Source: an uncultured delta proteobacterium (GTDB lineage: Bacteria > Desulfobacterota > WTBG01 > CAIYCZ01). Taken from it: a stretch of 64,000 nt of DNA. The notes under the pieces are model-generated. The model searched no databases. It worked only from the letters and a program-made list of their open reading frames with translations, and was not told the origin of the DNA. Shown here one piece after another: positions 28,042-37,791 of the stretch. Location: the NCBI GenBank assembly GCA_963803975.1, contig CAWDOY010000014.1, positions 32,001-96,000 on the forward strand, read 5' to 3'. A program made the translations under genes and the position numbers. Positions within the stretch are counted from its first letter, which is position 1. The number at the start of each line of letters is the position of its first letter.

Positions 28042-28896
28042 ATGGATCGAAACGCCACTGTTTTTATAACCGGTGCATCAACCGGCATAGGCAAAACCTG
28101 CGCCCTCTATTTAGATAGAATAGGTTTTCATGTATTTGCCGGGGTGCGAAAAAATATTGATGGGGCTGCTTTAAAACAGGAGTCGTCAGATAGGCTACAA
28201 ACCATTATCATTGATGTTGTTGATCCTGATTCGATACAAGCAGCAGTTTCCGAGGTGACTCGTTTAACTAAAAATCAGTTGTTCGGGTTAATTAATAACG
28301 CAGGAATTGCTTTTGGTGGGCCTTTAGAAATTCTCCCGATTCAGGAGATTAAAAGGTTATTAGAAGTAAATGTTATAGGTGTGCTTGCAGTAACGAAAGC
28401 GTTTTTACCATTGCTCAGACAGAGCCGAGGACGAATTATAAATATGGGTTCAACTTCCGGGCTGCTGGCATTACCATGCTTGAGTACATATGCGGCTTCT
28501 AAGTTTGCATTAGAAGCAATAACTGATTCATTACGAGTTGAACTCGGTCCCTTTGGAATTTCGGTAATTATTATAGAAGCAGGCAATATCGAAACTCCCA
28601 TATGGGAAAAAGGTGTGGCGGTAACAAACCAAATAGCAGATGCAGCATGTCCTGAAATACTTCGCCTGTATAAGCCGCTTATCGAATTCAGCAAACAAAC
28701 TGCTCTGAATGCACCTAAACTGCCCGCTGAAAAAGTGGCCAGAGTCGTAAGCAAGGTATTGCATGCACGAAAGCCAAAAGGACGCTATATAATTGGCGCA
28801 GATGCTCGATTGTTTAAGCTTGTACGTCATGTACCGTGTCTTGTTCGGGATTGGATTATTTTAAAAATTATACCGAACTATGGACACAAGAACTAA
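28042..28896 (+). CDS. Classical SDR oxidoreductase (retinol/17-beta-HSD-like)
   Basis: TGASTGIG, INNAG, YAASK. Confidence 0.85.
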   Translation: MDRNATVFITGASTGIGKTCALYLDRIGFHVFAGVRKNIDGAALKQESSDRLQTIIIDVVDPDSIQAAVSEVTRLTKNQLFGLINNAGIAFGGPLEILPIQEIKRLLEVNVIGVLAVTKAFLPLLRQSRGRIINMGSTSGLLALPCLSTYAASKFALEAITDSLRVELGPFGISVIIIEAGNIETPIWEKGVAVTNQIADAACPEILRLYKPLIEFSKQTALNAPKLPAEKVARVVSKVLHARKPKGRYIIGADARLFKLVRHVPCLVRDWIILKIIPNYGHKN

Positions 28897-30608
28897 TACG
28901 TTATAATGTTTTTTATTCGGTCGTCAGGATAAAGCTCGAATCTGAAACGTTTGCCGGGACTGTCCTTGCGCACATAAATATCATATCCCCAGCCATTATA
29001 TATCCATGCAAAAATCCCCGATGATAGGTCAAGCACATCAAAGAAATTGTACGGCTTGGGCCATGAGGGGCTGGTGGTTTTAGGAATTATGTTAAAGGTT
29101 CCCAGATACGCATAGCGCTCTTTAAAATCAGCATGATCTGCGATACCGACGCTGCTGCCGGGATATGTATCGGATCCCTTCAGTTGGAAATTATACAGCA
29201 TGACGTATTCCGGTTTGAGCTTCAGGAGCAGGGCCCGCTCTTTTTCTTTATAGCTGTTAAAGCTGAATGAACATGGCAGCCAAGTAATGTCAGGTGCTCC
29301 ATATGTTTTCCTGAGCTCTGCAAATTCCCTGCTGGTAAGGCCGAAGAGATCCAAGGTGGGCGTCTCCGAATAATAGGGTATCCGGCCGATATCTCCGAGG
29401 CAGAGCAGATATTTGTCGGCAAGCTCTTTTTTTACCCAATCACCAAATGTTTTCTGATTGTAATAGGCAAAGGAGTCAAGATCACGCAGCCGGAGATTGA
29501 GGGTCAGGTCGAAAAAAAACTGCTCACCGGCCATTACGAAGCAGAAAACGATCGTGCTCCCCCAGATAAGCCGCTGTCTTTTCGACTGACTGCAAACGAC
29601 GGAATTCCACAGGCTGCAAACTATTAACTGGCAGAGAATAAGAACCAGAGGAATGAGGGGAGTTATATGGCGAAAAAAGGGGACCCACTCAAAACCCACA
29701 AAAAATATATTAAAGCACAGGCCGCACGCGATAAAGAGTATTACCGGAACTACTGCGTGCTTTTCAGCAGCTAACTTTCCCGCCTTCCAGAACATGAGCA
29801 GAAAAATAACCAGGTAGGGGTAGTGGGTTAAAAACCCCTTGAGAGTAAATACACCAAGGCCCGCCCGCACTATCAACGGAAAAGAAGCTGTCTTTGCATA
29901 ATAGGTGTTGGGCAAGGGCAGGTGATAATAGGAAAGCCGCCACAAAACAAACAAGCTGTAGCCGGCTATAAAAATAAAAAATCCCGGGAGATAGGGCTTG
30001 AGGGACTCCCTGTTAAAAAGGCAGCGCAGCACTATATACGCGATATAAAAGGCAAAAAAAAGATTCCCTTCTGGCCTGGTGAGTGCCAACAGCAGAAAAC
30101 CAAAAGAAGATAGAGCAAAGGGTAGCGGCCTGTTTTGTGCCCAGAGCACATTATGGGTACAGAGTAAGAGGAGAAAAGTATATGCTGAAGTTTCCAGACC
30201 GTTGGTAGCTAAATAGTGAAATGGCAAAAACAGCACATAGAGGAGAGGGGCAAATAGGGTGCCGTATCCCCGTATGGCAAAATAGCGGCACGGTATATAC
30301 CAGATAAGAAGCAAGGTAAGGATATTACAGAGCCCGCCAATAAACCTGCTGAATGAAGCCATATCCAGCCCCAGCTTGTGGGCACCGGCTATAGCAGTCA
30401 TCCAGATGAAGTTCGAATAGCCCTCAACATGCTCGCCGGAATTAAAAACAGGACCTGCTCCTTCTGAGAGGTTACGGGAAAAACGGAAGGTGATAAATGC
30501 ATCCTCACAGGGGTAGTTATTTATTTTAAAAATAGCATATAGTTCTATAACGTACCCAATAATAATAATGAGCGCAAAAAAGTTTAATAAAGCCCGGTTA
30601 TTATTCAT
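28893..30608 (-). CDS. GT-C fold membrane glycosyltransferase (ArnT/AftD-like)
   Basis: EDAFITFRFSRNL..G.GPVFN...VEGYSNF, GLET, LTRPEG, PLPNTYYAK, and many TM helices. Confidence 0.75.
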   Translation of the reverse strand: MNNNRALLNFFALIIIIGYVIELYAIFKINNYPCEDAFITFRFSRNLSEGAGPVFNSGEHVEGYSNFIWMTAIAGAHKLGLDMASFSRFIGGLCNILTLLLIWYIPCRYFAIRGYGTLFAPLLYVLFLPFHYLATNGLETSAYTFLLLLCTHNVLWAQNRPLPFALSSFGFLLLALTRPEGNLFFAFYIAYIVLRCLFNRESLKPYLPGFFIFIAGYSLFVLWRLSYYHLPLPNTYYAKTASFPLIVRAGLGVFTLKGFLTHYPYLVIFLLMFWKAGKLAAEKHAVVPVILFIACGLCFNIFFVGFEWVPFFRHITPLIPLVLILCQLIVCSLWNSVVCSQSKRQRLIWGSTIVFCFVMAGEQFFFDLTLNLRLRDLDSFAYYNQKTFGDWVKKELADKYLLCLGDIGRIPYYSETPTLDLFGLTSREFAELRKTYGAPDITWLPCSFSFNSYKEKERALLLKLKPEYVMLYNFQLKGSDTYPGSSVGIADHADFKERYAYLGTFNIIPKTTSPSWPKPYNFFDVLDLSSGIFAWIYNGWGYDIYVRKDSPGKRFRFELYPDDRIKNIITY

Positions 30609-30789
30609 TATTTCTTCTCAATCTTGAGCCTAATGCAGTAACGCAACCGGGGGTGGTTGCTTAAATACTCATAACACAACACGTTGTTGTCATGTAATTT
30701 CAACTGCTTTTCTTTAAATGATCGGTGTGCACATACCCGTTGACTCACAGAAAACGGTAAACCCCAAAGAGGAGAGGTTATAGAATAAG

Positions 30790-31190
30790 AGAAGCAGCAG
30801 CAAGGTTGCGGTAGCCAAAGGGTATTAAAGACCATTTTGAGTTTTGATTCAATGATTTTATTAAGTTTAAAAGAGTTAAGGGATTTATGCGTCTCCCTGA
30901 GGAGTAGTTTAGACTGCTGGGTAAGCTGCTCTGAGTCAAGGAGTCGTTGATAGGGGGTTTGTGCGGGATAATCCTTTTTGATATGTTTTAAGTTGACGCG
31001 CTGTTTTTCTTTGAGCTTCCGGGTTGAACAGAAGTAGTTAGCATAGAGGCTGAAAGCGTTTTTGTAGCGGTCATTGATTGCGGCAACCAGTTCTGGTTTT
31101 TCGACGCAGTCGTAGCCGAGCAGCTGGCGGCATGGGGCCAATTCTTTTGTTCCACGTGGGCGTTATCATTTTTCTTATAGGGGCGGGTAA
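30790..31190 (-). pseudogene. Transposase (integrase-core, IS481/ISNCY-like) C-terminal fragment
   Basis: The minus strand reads TRPYKKNDNAHVEQKNW, then after a frameshift RQLLGYD...QTPYQRLL. The N-terminus is absent. Confidence 0.7.
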
Positions 31191-31273
31191 ATAAGACTGT
31201 TTTTTTAGAACTGCTATACTATAATATTTAAGCTTAGCTTATTTTAATATAAGAGTATCGGAGATTTTTATAA

Positions 31274-32203
31274 ATGCGTTTTCTATTTGTCGATCGTATC
31301 TGTGAACTGGAAAAGGGCCGGCGTGTGCGGGCCGTTAAAAATATTTCCTGGTATGGGGATTTCCTGGAGGAAATCTTTCCCGGTCTCCCGGTCTTTTCTC
31401 CGGTCATTGCCGCAGAAGCTGCAGCCCAGGCCCTTTCCTGGCTGATTGTCGAAGCAAGGGACTTTACCGTTAAACCGCTCATTACCATGCTTGATTCCTA
31501 CACCTGCTCGCACCATATACAGCCCGGCGACCAGATTGAACTAGAGGGAGCGGTTGAGAGCTTTCAGCCGGAAAGTGCCCTGGCCCATGCCCGCATTCTG
31601 CTCAATAAAAAACCGGCCGCCGAAATTAATCACGGTGTCTGTTACCTGTATCCGCTCCACGAGCTGCAGGACCCGGAAAGCGCCCGAAGGCAATTTAAGA
31701 ACCTTACAGAATATCAGGCTCCCCTGCAGCAGGTGCCGGTGGTAACAACAGGTTTGCCGCAGGGCAAAGTCTCCTCCCTGGTAACGAGGCCGTGGGTAGA
31801 CCGGGTTATAGAATACGAAGCCGGTAAAAAAATCGTCGGCATTAGAAATGTGACCAGCACTGAAGATTACTTTCGCGATCATTTTCCGCTCAAGCCGCTG
31901 CTGCCCGGGGTCATCATCATGGAATCCCTTATTAGCGCCGCACAGCTGCTCATTGGGCCGATGCTTGCTGCAAACGGGCTTGGCAGTAAGAAGGCGGTTC
32001 TAACGCAGGCGACAAAAGTTAAATTCAGAAAATTTGTCCAGCCCGGGGATCAGCTCCTGCTGGAGGTATCCCTGGAAAGTTTTCATCAGCACTCCAGCAC
32101 CATCAAGGCCCGGGCCTTGATTCAGGATAAGGTGGCCGCAACACTCTCGGCAGCGTTTCAGCATCTGAGCCGGGATGAATATATAAAAGCTTATCTTGCA
32201 TAA
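31274..32203 (+). CDS. Fused double hot-dog FabZ-like 3-hydroxyacyl-ACP dehydratase
   Basis: Two FabZ-like repeats (FLFVDRI and PWVDRV). Only the second keeps DHFP..PLLPGVIIME and KFRKFVQPGD. Confidence 0.8.
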   Translation: MRFLFVDRICELEKGRRVRAVKNISWYGDFLEEIFPGLPVFSPVIAAEAAAQALSWLIVEARDFTVKPLITMLDSYTCSHHIQPGDQIELEGAVESFQPESALAHARILLNKKPAAEINHGVCYLYPLHELQDPESARRQFKNLTEYQAPLQQVPVVTTGLPQGKVSSLVTRPWVDRVIEYEAGKKIVGIRNVTSTEDYFRDHFPLKPLLPGVIIMESLISAAQLLIGPMLAANGLGSKKAVLTQATKVKFRKFVQPGDQLLLEVSLESFHQHSSTIKARALIQDKVAATLSAAFQHLSRDEYIKAYLA

Positions 32204-32242
32204 TACGGCAGCGGCAGTGTATAAGCCGAAGGATTTTCATGA

Positions 32243-32836
32243 ATGACTGAGAAAAACGGCGCCTACCTGATTATCGACACCGAGACGACCGGACTGCATC
32301 CGGCAAAACATGGACTGATAGAGCTGGCAGCAGCAGCTCTGGATCAAAAGCTGGACGTGATAGAAACCTTTCAGGCGGATGTGTGCCCGCCGGCAGGCTG
32401 TGAAATCGATCCCGAAGCGATGCAGGTGAACGGCTTTACCCGGGAACGAATCAATCGGGGCATCAGCTACGCGGTGGTGTGTGAGCGGTTTCGTGAATTT
32501 ATCATGAAGCATTTTTCCGCAGAGCCGGTGGTCATTGGCCAGTTTTATCCGTTTGATTACGCCTTTCTCGATCAGGTCTTCAGCGCCAGCGGCTATGGTG
32601 ACGGGTTTGCGGCTGTTGTCAAGGGAAATGATTTTATTGACACTAAAGCCCTGGCCAACAGCTTGAATCTGCGGGCCCTTCTCAAGGGTCAGCCCAAGCC
32701 GTTTCCGTCGACCAGCCTCTCCAGGCCCGGGGGTTTAAAGGACCGGTTTGGCGCTAGGGGACATCAGGCACACACCGCGCTGGGTGATGTGCTTGCTACC
32801 CGAGAGGTTCTGATAAAACTGCTGGAAACATTGTAA
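32243..32836 (+). CDS. DEDDh 3'-5' exonuclease-family protein
   Basis: IDTETTG, FDYAFL, IDT, AHTALGD. Confidence 0.85.
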   Translation: MTEKNGAYLIIDTETTGLHPAKHGLIELAAAALDQKLDVIETFQADVCPPAGCEIDPEAMQVNGFTRERINRGISYAVVCERFREFIMKHFSAEPVVIGQFYPFDYAFLDQVFSASGYGDGFAAVVKGNDFIDTKALANSLNLRALLKGQPKPFPSTSLSRPGGLKDRFGARGHQAHTALGDVLATREVLIKLLETL

Positions 32837-32868
32837 AGAATCACGCGTTCTGATATCATGTATAAATT

Positions 32869-33624
32869 ATGAACACTGCCACCAAGGGACCGGTACGACT
32901 GATGGAGAATAACAGCTACTTTGCTCACGATACCCATAAATACATGTATTGTACTGATGGGGTCTTTTCAGATTTTATTTTCTCTCTGATCACGGAAACG
33001 ATTCCTGTTGATCTTAAGAATTACCAGCATGCCTTTGAGATGGGAGCAGGCATGGGTCGCTTCTCCTTTGCGCTGGTGAGTCATTTCCCGAAGGTTTCTC
33101 TCATTGAGCCCTCGGCATCCTATACCGCTGTACTGAAAAAACTTTTTGATCAGGAGCAGGTTGCCATCGTGACTTCGACGCTTGAGGATTTCTTCGAGAA
33201 AAACACGATCCCTGCGCAGTCCATCTTTTTTAATTTCCATCTCCTCCATCATTTAACCTTTGAACAGCGCCGGGAGTATTTCACCTGTTTACGCAAAGCC
33301 AACGCACCGGCACTGTTTATTGAGCCGAACCCCTGGAATCCATTAATTGTATTACAGCTTCTGCTCTATCCTGATATGAGAATGAAAGATGAGTGGCAGT
33401 ATCTCTCCCTCACCAGAAAGCGGCTCACCCGGGAGTTTAATGCCTGCGGCCTGGAGGTGGCAGCGCACAAAACGCTCTGTTTCTTGCCGCCGCCGCTTAC
33501 CAAGCTCGTCTTAAAACAGTCCTTCTTCAAAAAGCCGCTCCTCGCGCTGGATGCTATCAGCGCGGTGCTGCCGTTTCTCAGCTCGTATCACCTGTTCTAT
33601 TGCAAAAGCGCTTCTGCTGTTTAG
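32869..33624 (+). CDS. Class I SAM-dependent methyltransferase
   Basis: FEMGAGMGRF motif I, LIEPS, LLHHL, EPNPWNP. Confidence 0.75.
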   Translation: MNTATKGPVRLMENNSYFAHDTHKYMYCTDGVFSDFIFSLITETIPVDLKNYQHAFEMGAGMGRFSFALVSHFPKVSLIEPSASYTAVLKKLFDQEQVAIVTSTLEDFFEKNTIPAQSIFFNFHLLHHLTFEQRREYFTCLRKANAPALFIEPNPWNPLIVLQLLLYPDMRMKDEWQYLSLTRKRLTREFNACGLEVAAHKTLCFLPPPLTKLVLKQSFFKKPLLALDAISAVLPFLSSYHLFYCKSASAV

Positions 33625-33691
33625 CCGGGGCCGCCGTGACTGCCGGCAGCGGTATTTCTGCATCAGCATGCGCTCACTAAGGGATCGTTCT

Positions 33692-35315
33692 ATGACTTCA
33701 TCCAGCCGCCGCAGTAACAATCCGGCAGCCCTGGTGCTTGCCAGGGTCCCGGTTTTTATTTTACTCGCAGTCTTTCTGGGCTTTTTTTTATATTGCCTTG
33801 CCCAGCGCCTGCCCTATCCGTTTGAGCTTGAATGGATTGAAAACGAGATGGTTAGCCATGGCATGGTGCTGGCACAACAGCACCGGATTTACCCCGCGCC
33901 ATCTACTGATTTTATCGCCGAGCTCTATCCGCCGGTCTACTACCTGTTCATTGCCCTTTTTTTTAAGCTCTTTGATACCGTCAATTTTCTCATCCCGCGT
34001 CTTATCTCGGTAGCAGCTCTTGCGGTAATCCTTGTCCTGCTGTACCGCATCATCATAAAAGAAGGGGGGACGAAAAGCATCGGCCTGCTGGTGAGCGGAT
34101 TTTTTTTAAGCTTCTACGAGATCCATGGCACCTGGTATGACCTTGCCCGGGCTGATATGCTCCTGTACGCGCTGCTGCTGCTGGGGTTATATGTGCTTGC
34201 CTATGGGCGTAGCCGTGTTCCTGCGGCGCTGTGCGGCGCCCTGCTCCTGGCCGGCGCCTGCTATACCAAGCAGACCGGGCTCTATTTTGTCCCCTTTGCC
34301 GGCCTCTATCTGCTGCTGAAAGATAAAAAACAGTGCTTCATCTTTTGCGCTGCCTGCGGCGGGCTGCTGGTGTCTCTTTTTTTCTTCCTGCAGTACACTT
34401 CTGACGGATGGTTTGGAACCTATGCGCTGTTCAACCCGCTGCGCCATAATCAGGTGATGTTCAAGCCGCTGTCTGAGCTTCAGTTCCAGATGCTCTTTGA
34501 AATGCGCGATAAACTGATCCCGGAAATGCGCTATGAAATTTTTTATAAGCTGCCGGTCTTTTTCACCATGGTTCTTGCCTTTATGCTGTACCGGATTATT
34601 TCGATAACCAGGGCCGCGACGTTTTCCGTCTGGGAATGCACTGCCCTGGCAGTGCCGCTTGCCTACTTCAGCATCCGGCCGCACCCGGGCTCTGAGCGGA
34701 ATGATTTTCTCTGTATGACGGTCTGGGGCTGTATCCTGCTGGGGCTTTTTCTTATCCGGCTCACTGCCGCTGCCAGACAGGACAACAGCAACCGTATACA
34801 AATAACCGTCTACCTCCTGCTTACCCTGCAGCTGTGTCTTCAGCTCTACAATCCAAAACCACTGGTTCCTACGCCCGAGGATGAAAAAAAGGGCGCTGAG
34901 TTCATCTCGATGGTGAAAAACATGCCCGGAGAGGTTTATATCCCCTACCATACCCTGTATGGCTACATGGCCGGGAAAAAACTGATCTTTAACGGCGGGG
35001 CGTACTGGGCCTATCAGATGCTGGCAAAGGAACCGTTCCGGCCGGCTGGATTTGATTGAAAAAATAAAAAACAAGTACTTCAGCGCCATAATTATTGATG
35101 ACAAGGGCTATCTGAACGCAAAAGGGGAGCGGGTCGTGGTCGATAATGTTAAAATGCTCTTAACCGCAAATGATGAACTGTCAACCGTGGTCGCAGAAAA
35201 CTATACCCTGGCAAGGCGTATCCCCTACAGCTCTGATAGCGAGTTCCGCACGGTTACCGGCTTTCAGACACGGCCCGAACTCATCCTGGAGCCAAAAAAG
35301 GGGGCACACCGTTAA
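33692..35315 (+). CDS. GT-C fold membrane glycosyltransferase (ArnT/PMT-like), frameshifted near 35048
   Basis: YPFELEWIE, LYPPVYY, RLIS, ARADML, TKQTG and many TM helices. Removing one G joins ORF 35052-35315. Confidence 0.72.
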
Positions 35316-35402
35316 GGAAAGCTACCCTCCGTGCCGATTATAGAGAGGAAAATGCCCCTGAAACAGTACGCCGGCAGGAAGCGCGTACGTTCTTTGCGGG
35401 TA

Positions 35403-35430
35403 TTGACTTTATCTGCCGGGAATTTATAAT
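35403..35430 (+). promoter_or_regulatory. Putative sigma70 promoter
   Basis: TTGACT-N16-TATAAT, 50 bp upstream of the IMPase start. Confidence 0.55.
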
Positions 35431-35480
35431 TGATTAACTGACAGATAGGATCGAGGAAAACCAAACCGTTCTTATGCGCC

Positions 35481-36353
35481 ATGAATATAAATAAACCGGT
35501 TGACCATAAATCGCTCGAAGAGCTGATTGATTTTTACGAGCTGATCGCCGTCAGGGCGGTTGAGCGGGCGGGCACGATTCTGAAGGACGGGTTCTACGCA
35601 AAAAAAGAGCGGATGATTAAATCAAAATATGAAATTGTGACCGATATGGACCTGCGGTCGCAGAAGATCATCGTCAACACGCTGAAGAAGTTCGTCCCTG
35701 ATCATAACATTCTCTCGGAAGAGGATCTTGAAATCGACAAGGAATCCGACTTCACCTGGGTTATAGATCCGCTCGACGGCACACACAATTACATGGACTC
35801 CCGCTACAGCTTCGGGATTAATATCGGCCTGCTGCGGGAAAATGAGCTGCAGTTTGCGCTCTCCTACCTGCCGTTCGGCAACCGGCTTGAAGGCGGCCGG
35901 GAACTCTATATTTCAAAAAAGGGGCGGGGGGTTTTTATGAATGATAAGCATGTCCGGGTCTCTGACAAGACCGGGCTCAATGACATGACCCTGCTGCTGA
36001 ATTCCAGTATTTCCCGGGACCCGGAGAGCACCTCATCGCTGTTCACCGTTCTGGTGCGGCGCTTTAATCGCGTCCGTATCCCCGGGTCTGCGGCAGTTGA
36101 GCTGTGCTACATTGCATCGGGCAGGGCTGACGTGATGGTGGCTCAGTATTTAAAGCCCTATGATCTGGTGGGCTGTCTTCATGTTGAGGAGGCGGGCGGA
36201 AAAGTGACTGATTTCTTCGGCAACCCGGTAACCGTCAAGACCCACAGTATCGTGGCCTCCAACGGTGCCTGTCATGACCAGGTTATTGAGATACTGCAGA
36301 ATGAATTTTTTGCCCAGGGTGACAAGCGCGTCTCGCGGCTTATAAAAAACTGA
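35481..36353 (+). CDS. Inositol monophosphatase family protein (SuhB-like)
   Basis: SEE, WVIDPLDGTHN, GSAAVELCYIA.GR.D, EEAGG. Confidence 0.9.
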   Translation: MNINKPVDHKSLEELIDFYELIAVRAVERAGTILKDGFYAKKERMIKSKYEIVTDMDLRSQKIIVNTLKKFVPDHNILSEEDLEIDKESDFTWVIDPLDGTHNYMDSRYSFGINIGLLRENELQFALSYLPFGNRLEGGRELYISKKGRGVFMNDKHVRVSDKTGLNDMTLLLNSSISRDPESTSSLFTVLVRRFNRVRIPGSAAVELCYIASGRADVMVAQYLKPYDLVGCLHVEEAGGKVTDFFGNPVTVKTHSIVASNGACHDQVIEILQNEFFAQGDKRVSRLIKN

Positions 36354-36366
36354 CCTGCGGCAGCTC

Positions 36367-37791
36367 CTATTCCTCCCGCACAACCTTCAGCTTCATTCCC
36401 ACCCGGATTTTACTCTTTTCAGAAAGACCATTTAATGCTCTCACCCTGGGTACCGTCGTACCATACTTGCCGGCAATAGAAGCAAGCGACTCTCCTTTGG
36501 CAACAATATGGAGCCGGGGAGAAGGGCGTTTTTTGTTCGCTTCCGGCGCTGAAGATTTTTTAGCCTGCGCCTCGCTGGTTGCGGGTAAGGGCATTGCGGC
36601 AAAATACCTGGTGACCGCTGCTGCAATTGCTGTGGCAAGGTTGTTTTGAAATTGCTCGCTCTTGAGCTTTTGCTCCCTTCGCGGGTTGCTCAGAAAGTCT
36701 GTCTCGATGAGCATGGCGGTAATATCCGGGTCTTTGAGTACTTTAAAGCAGGCCTGCTGGGGCTGGTCGGTGCGCAGCCGGTTAAATCTGGCTATCTCCT
36801 GAATCATAATTCCGGCACATTTAAGGCTTGCATTGAGGGTGTTGGTCTGCACCAGGTCAATAAGTATTGCATTGAGGTCATCGTTATGATGCTCAAGCGG
36901 TACCCCGCCCACCGAGTCAGAGTCATTCTCTTTCTGGGCAAGCATCTGGGCTGCTGCACTTGAAGCGCCCTTGAGCGAGAGGCAATAGATGGAGCTGCCC
37001 TGAACTTTGCTGCTGAAGCTGGAATCGGCATGAATGCTGATGAACAGGTCTGCCCCGTGCTCCTGAGCCATGTTCATGCGCGTGCTTAAGGGGATAAAAT
37101 AATCACCCTTTCTGGTAAGATAGGCCTTTATGGCTGGCTCGCGGTTGAGCAGCTGCACGGTTTTGCGCGCAATGGCGAACACGACGTCTTTCTCCATGGT
37201 TTTGCCGGGACCTATTGCGCCCGGGTCTTCACCGCCATGGCCCGGGTCGATAACCACAATGCGGACCTGTTTCTGTTTGAGCTTGCGCGTCTGCTGACGC
37301 TGTACTTTATCTGCCTGCTCAAGGTCCGGGCGGACAATATCTATAGCCAGCCGCGGCGGCTTGTCCATGAATTTTTCCAGCGGGAAAATTTTGTGAGAGG
37401 CGGGCTTTTCAAGCTCTATGGTGATGCGCATGGTGTTGCGGTCAATGCGTGCGGCCGTGACCGTTTTTACAATGCCGTCATTGATGGGGAGCGTGCTTAC
37501 CGGAACAACCCCGGTAACGTCCGTGATATCCAGCTCCAGTTTCTCGGGGGCTGTCTGCTGTGCTGTTTTGTATGTTGCGCGCTGCTTGAAATCAAGCACA
37601 ATGCGCGTTGACGTGGGAGAGGACCAGTGGCGGATGGCAGAAAGTTCATTGGCAGACGCAGAAACACCGAGAAACATGAAAAGCGTCACGGCTGCTGTCA
37701 TCAACAGGCCCGGTGCCGCAAGCGGTGTGTGCGAATGCTCTCTCATGCGCGCCATTTCATGCAAGTGATGGTTTGGTGAGATGCCAGTCAC
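36367..37791 (-). CDS. amiC: N-acetylmuramoyl-L-alanine amidase (AMIN + Amidase_3 + LysM); true start probably downstream
   Basis: [28 protein letters not shown], and a C-terminal LysM domain. Confidence 0.88.
   Translation of the reverse strand: MTGISPNHHLHEMARMREHSHTPLAAPGLLMTAAVTLFMFLGVSASANELSAIRHWSSPTSTRIVLDFKQRATYKTAQQTAPEKLELDITDVTGVVPVSTLPINDGIVKTVTAARIDRNTMRITIELEKPASHKIFPLEKFMDKPPRLAIDIVRPDLEQADKVQRQQTRKLKQKQVRIVVIDPGHGGEDPGAIGPGKTMEKDVVFAIARKTVQLLNREPAIKAYLTRKGDYFIPLSTRMNMAQEHGADLFISIHADSSFSSKVQGSSIYCLSLKGASSAAAQMLAQKENDSDSVGGVPLEHHNDDLNAILIDLVQTNTLNASLKCAGIMIQEIARFNRLRTDQPQQACFKVLKDPDITAMLIETDFLSNPRREQKLKSEQFQNNLATAIAAAVTRYFAAMPLPATSEAQAKKSSAPEANKKRPSPRLHIVAKGESLASIAGKYGTTVPRVRALNGLSEKSKIRVGMKLKVVREE

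Noticed and set aside
30608..31141. 177-aa ORF as an intact gene
   Set aside because: It is a frameshifted transposase tail running into non-coding sequence.
20112..33624. Calling the cluster ladderane, aryl polyene or ole hydrocarbon biosynthesis
   Set aside because: The diagnostic genes are missing in the window: radical SAM/desaturases, aryl-AMP ligase and acyltransferases, and OleA/B/C.
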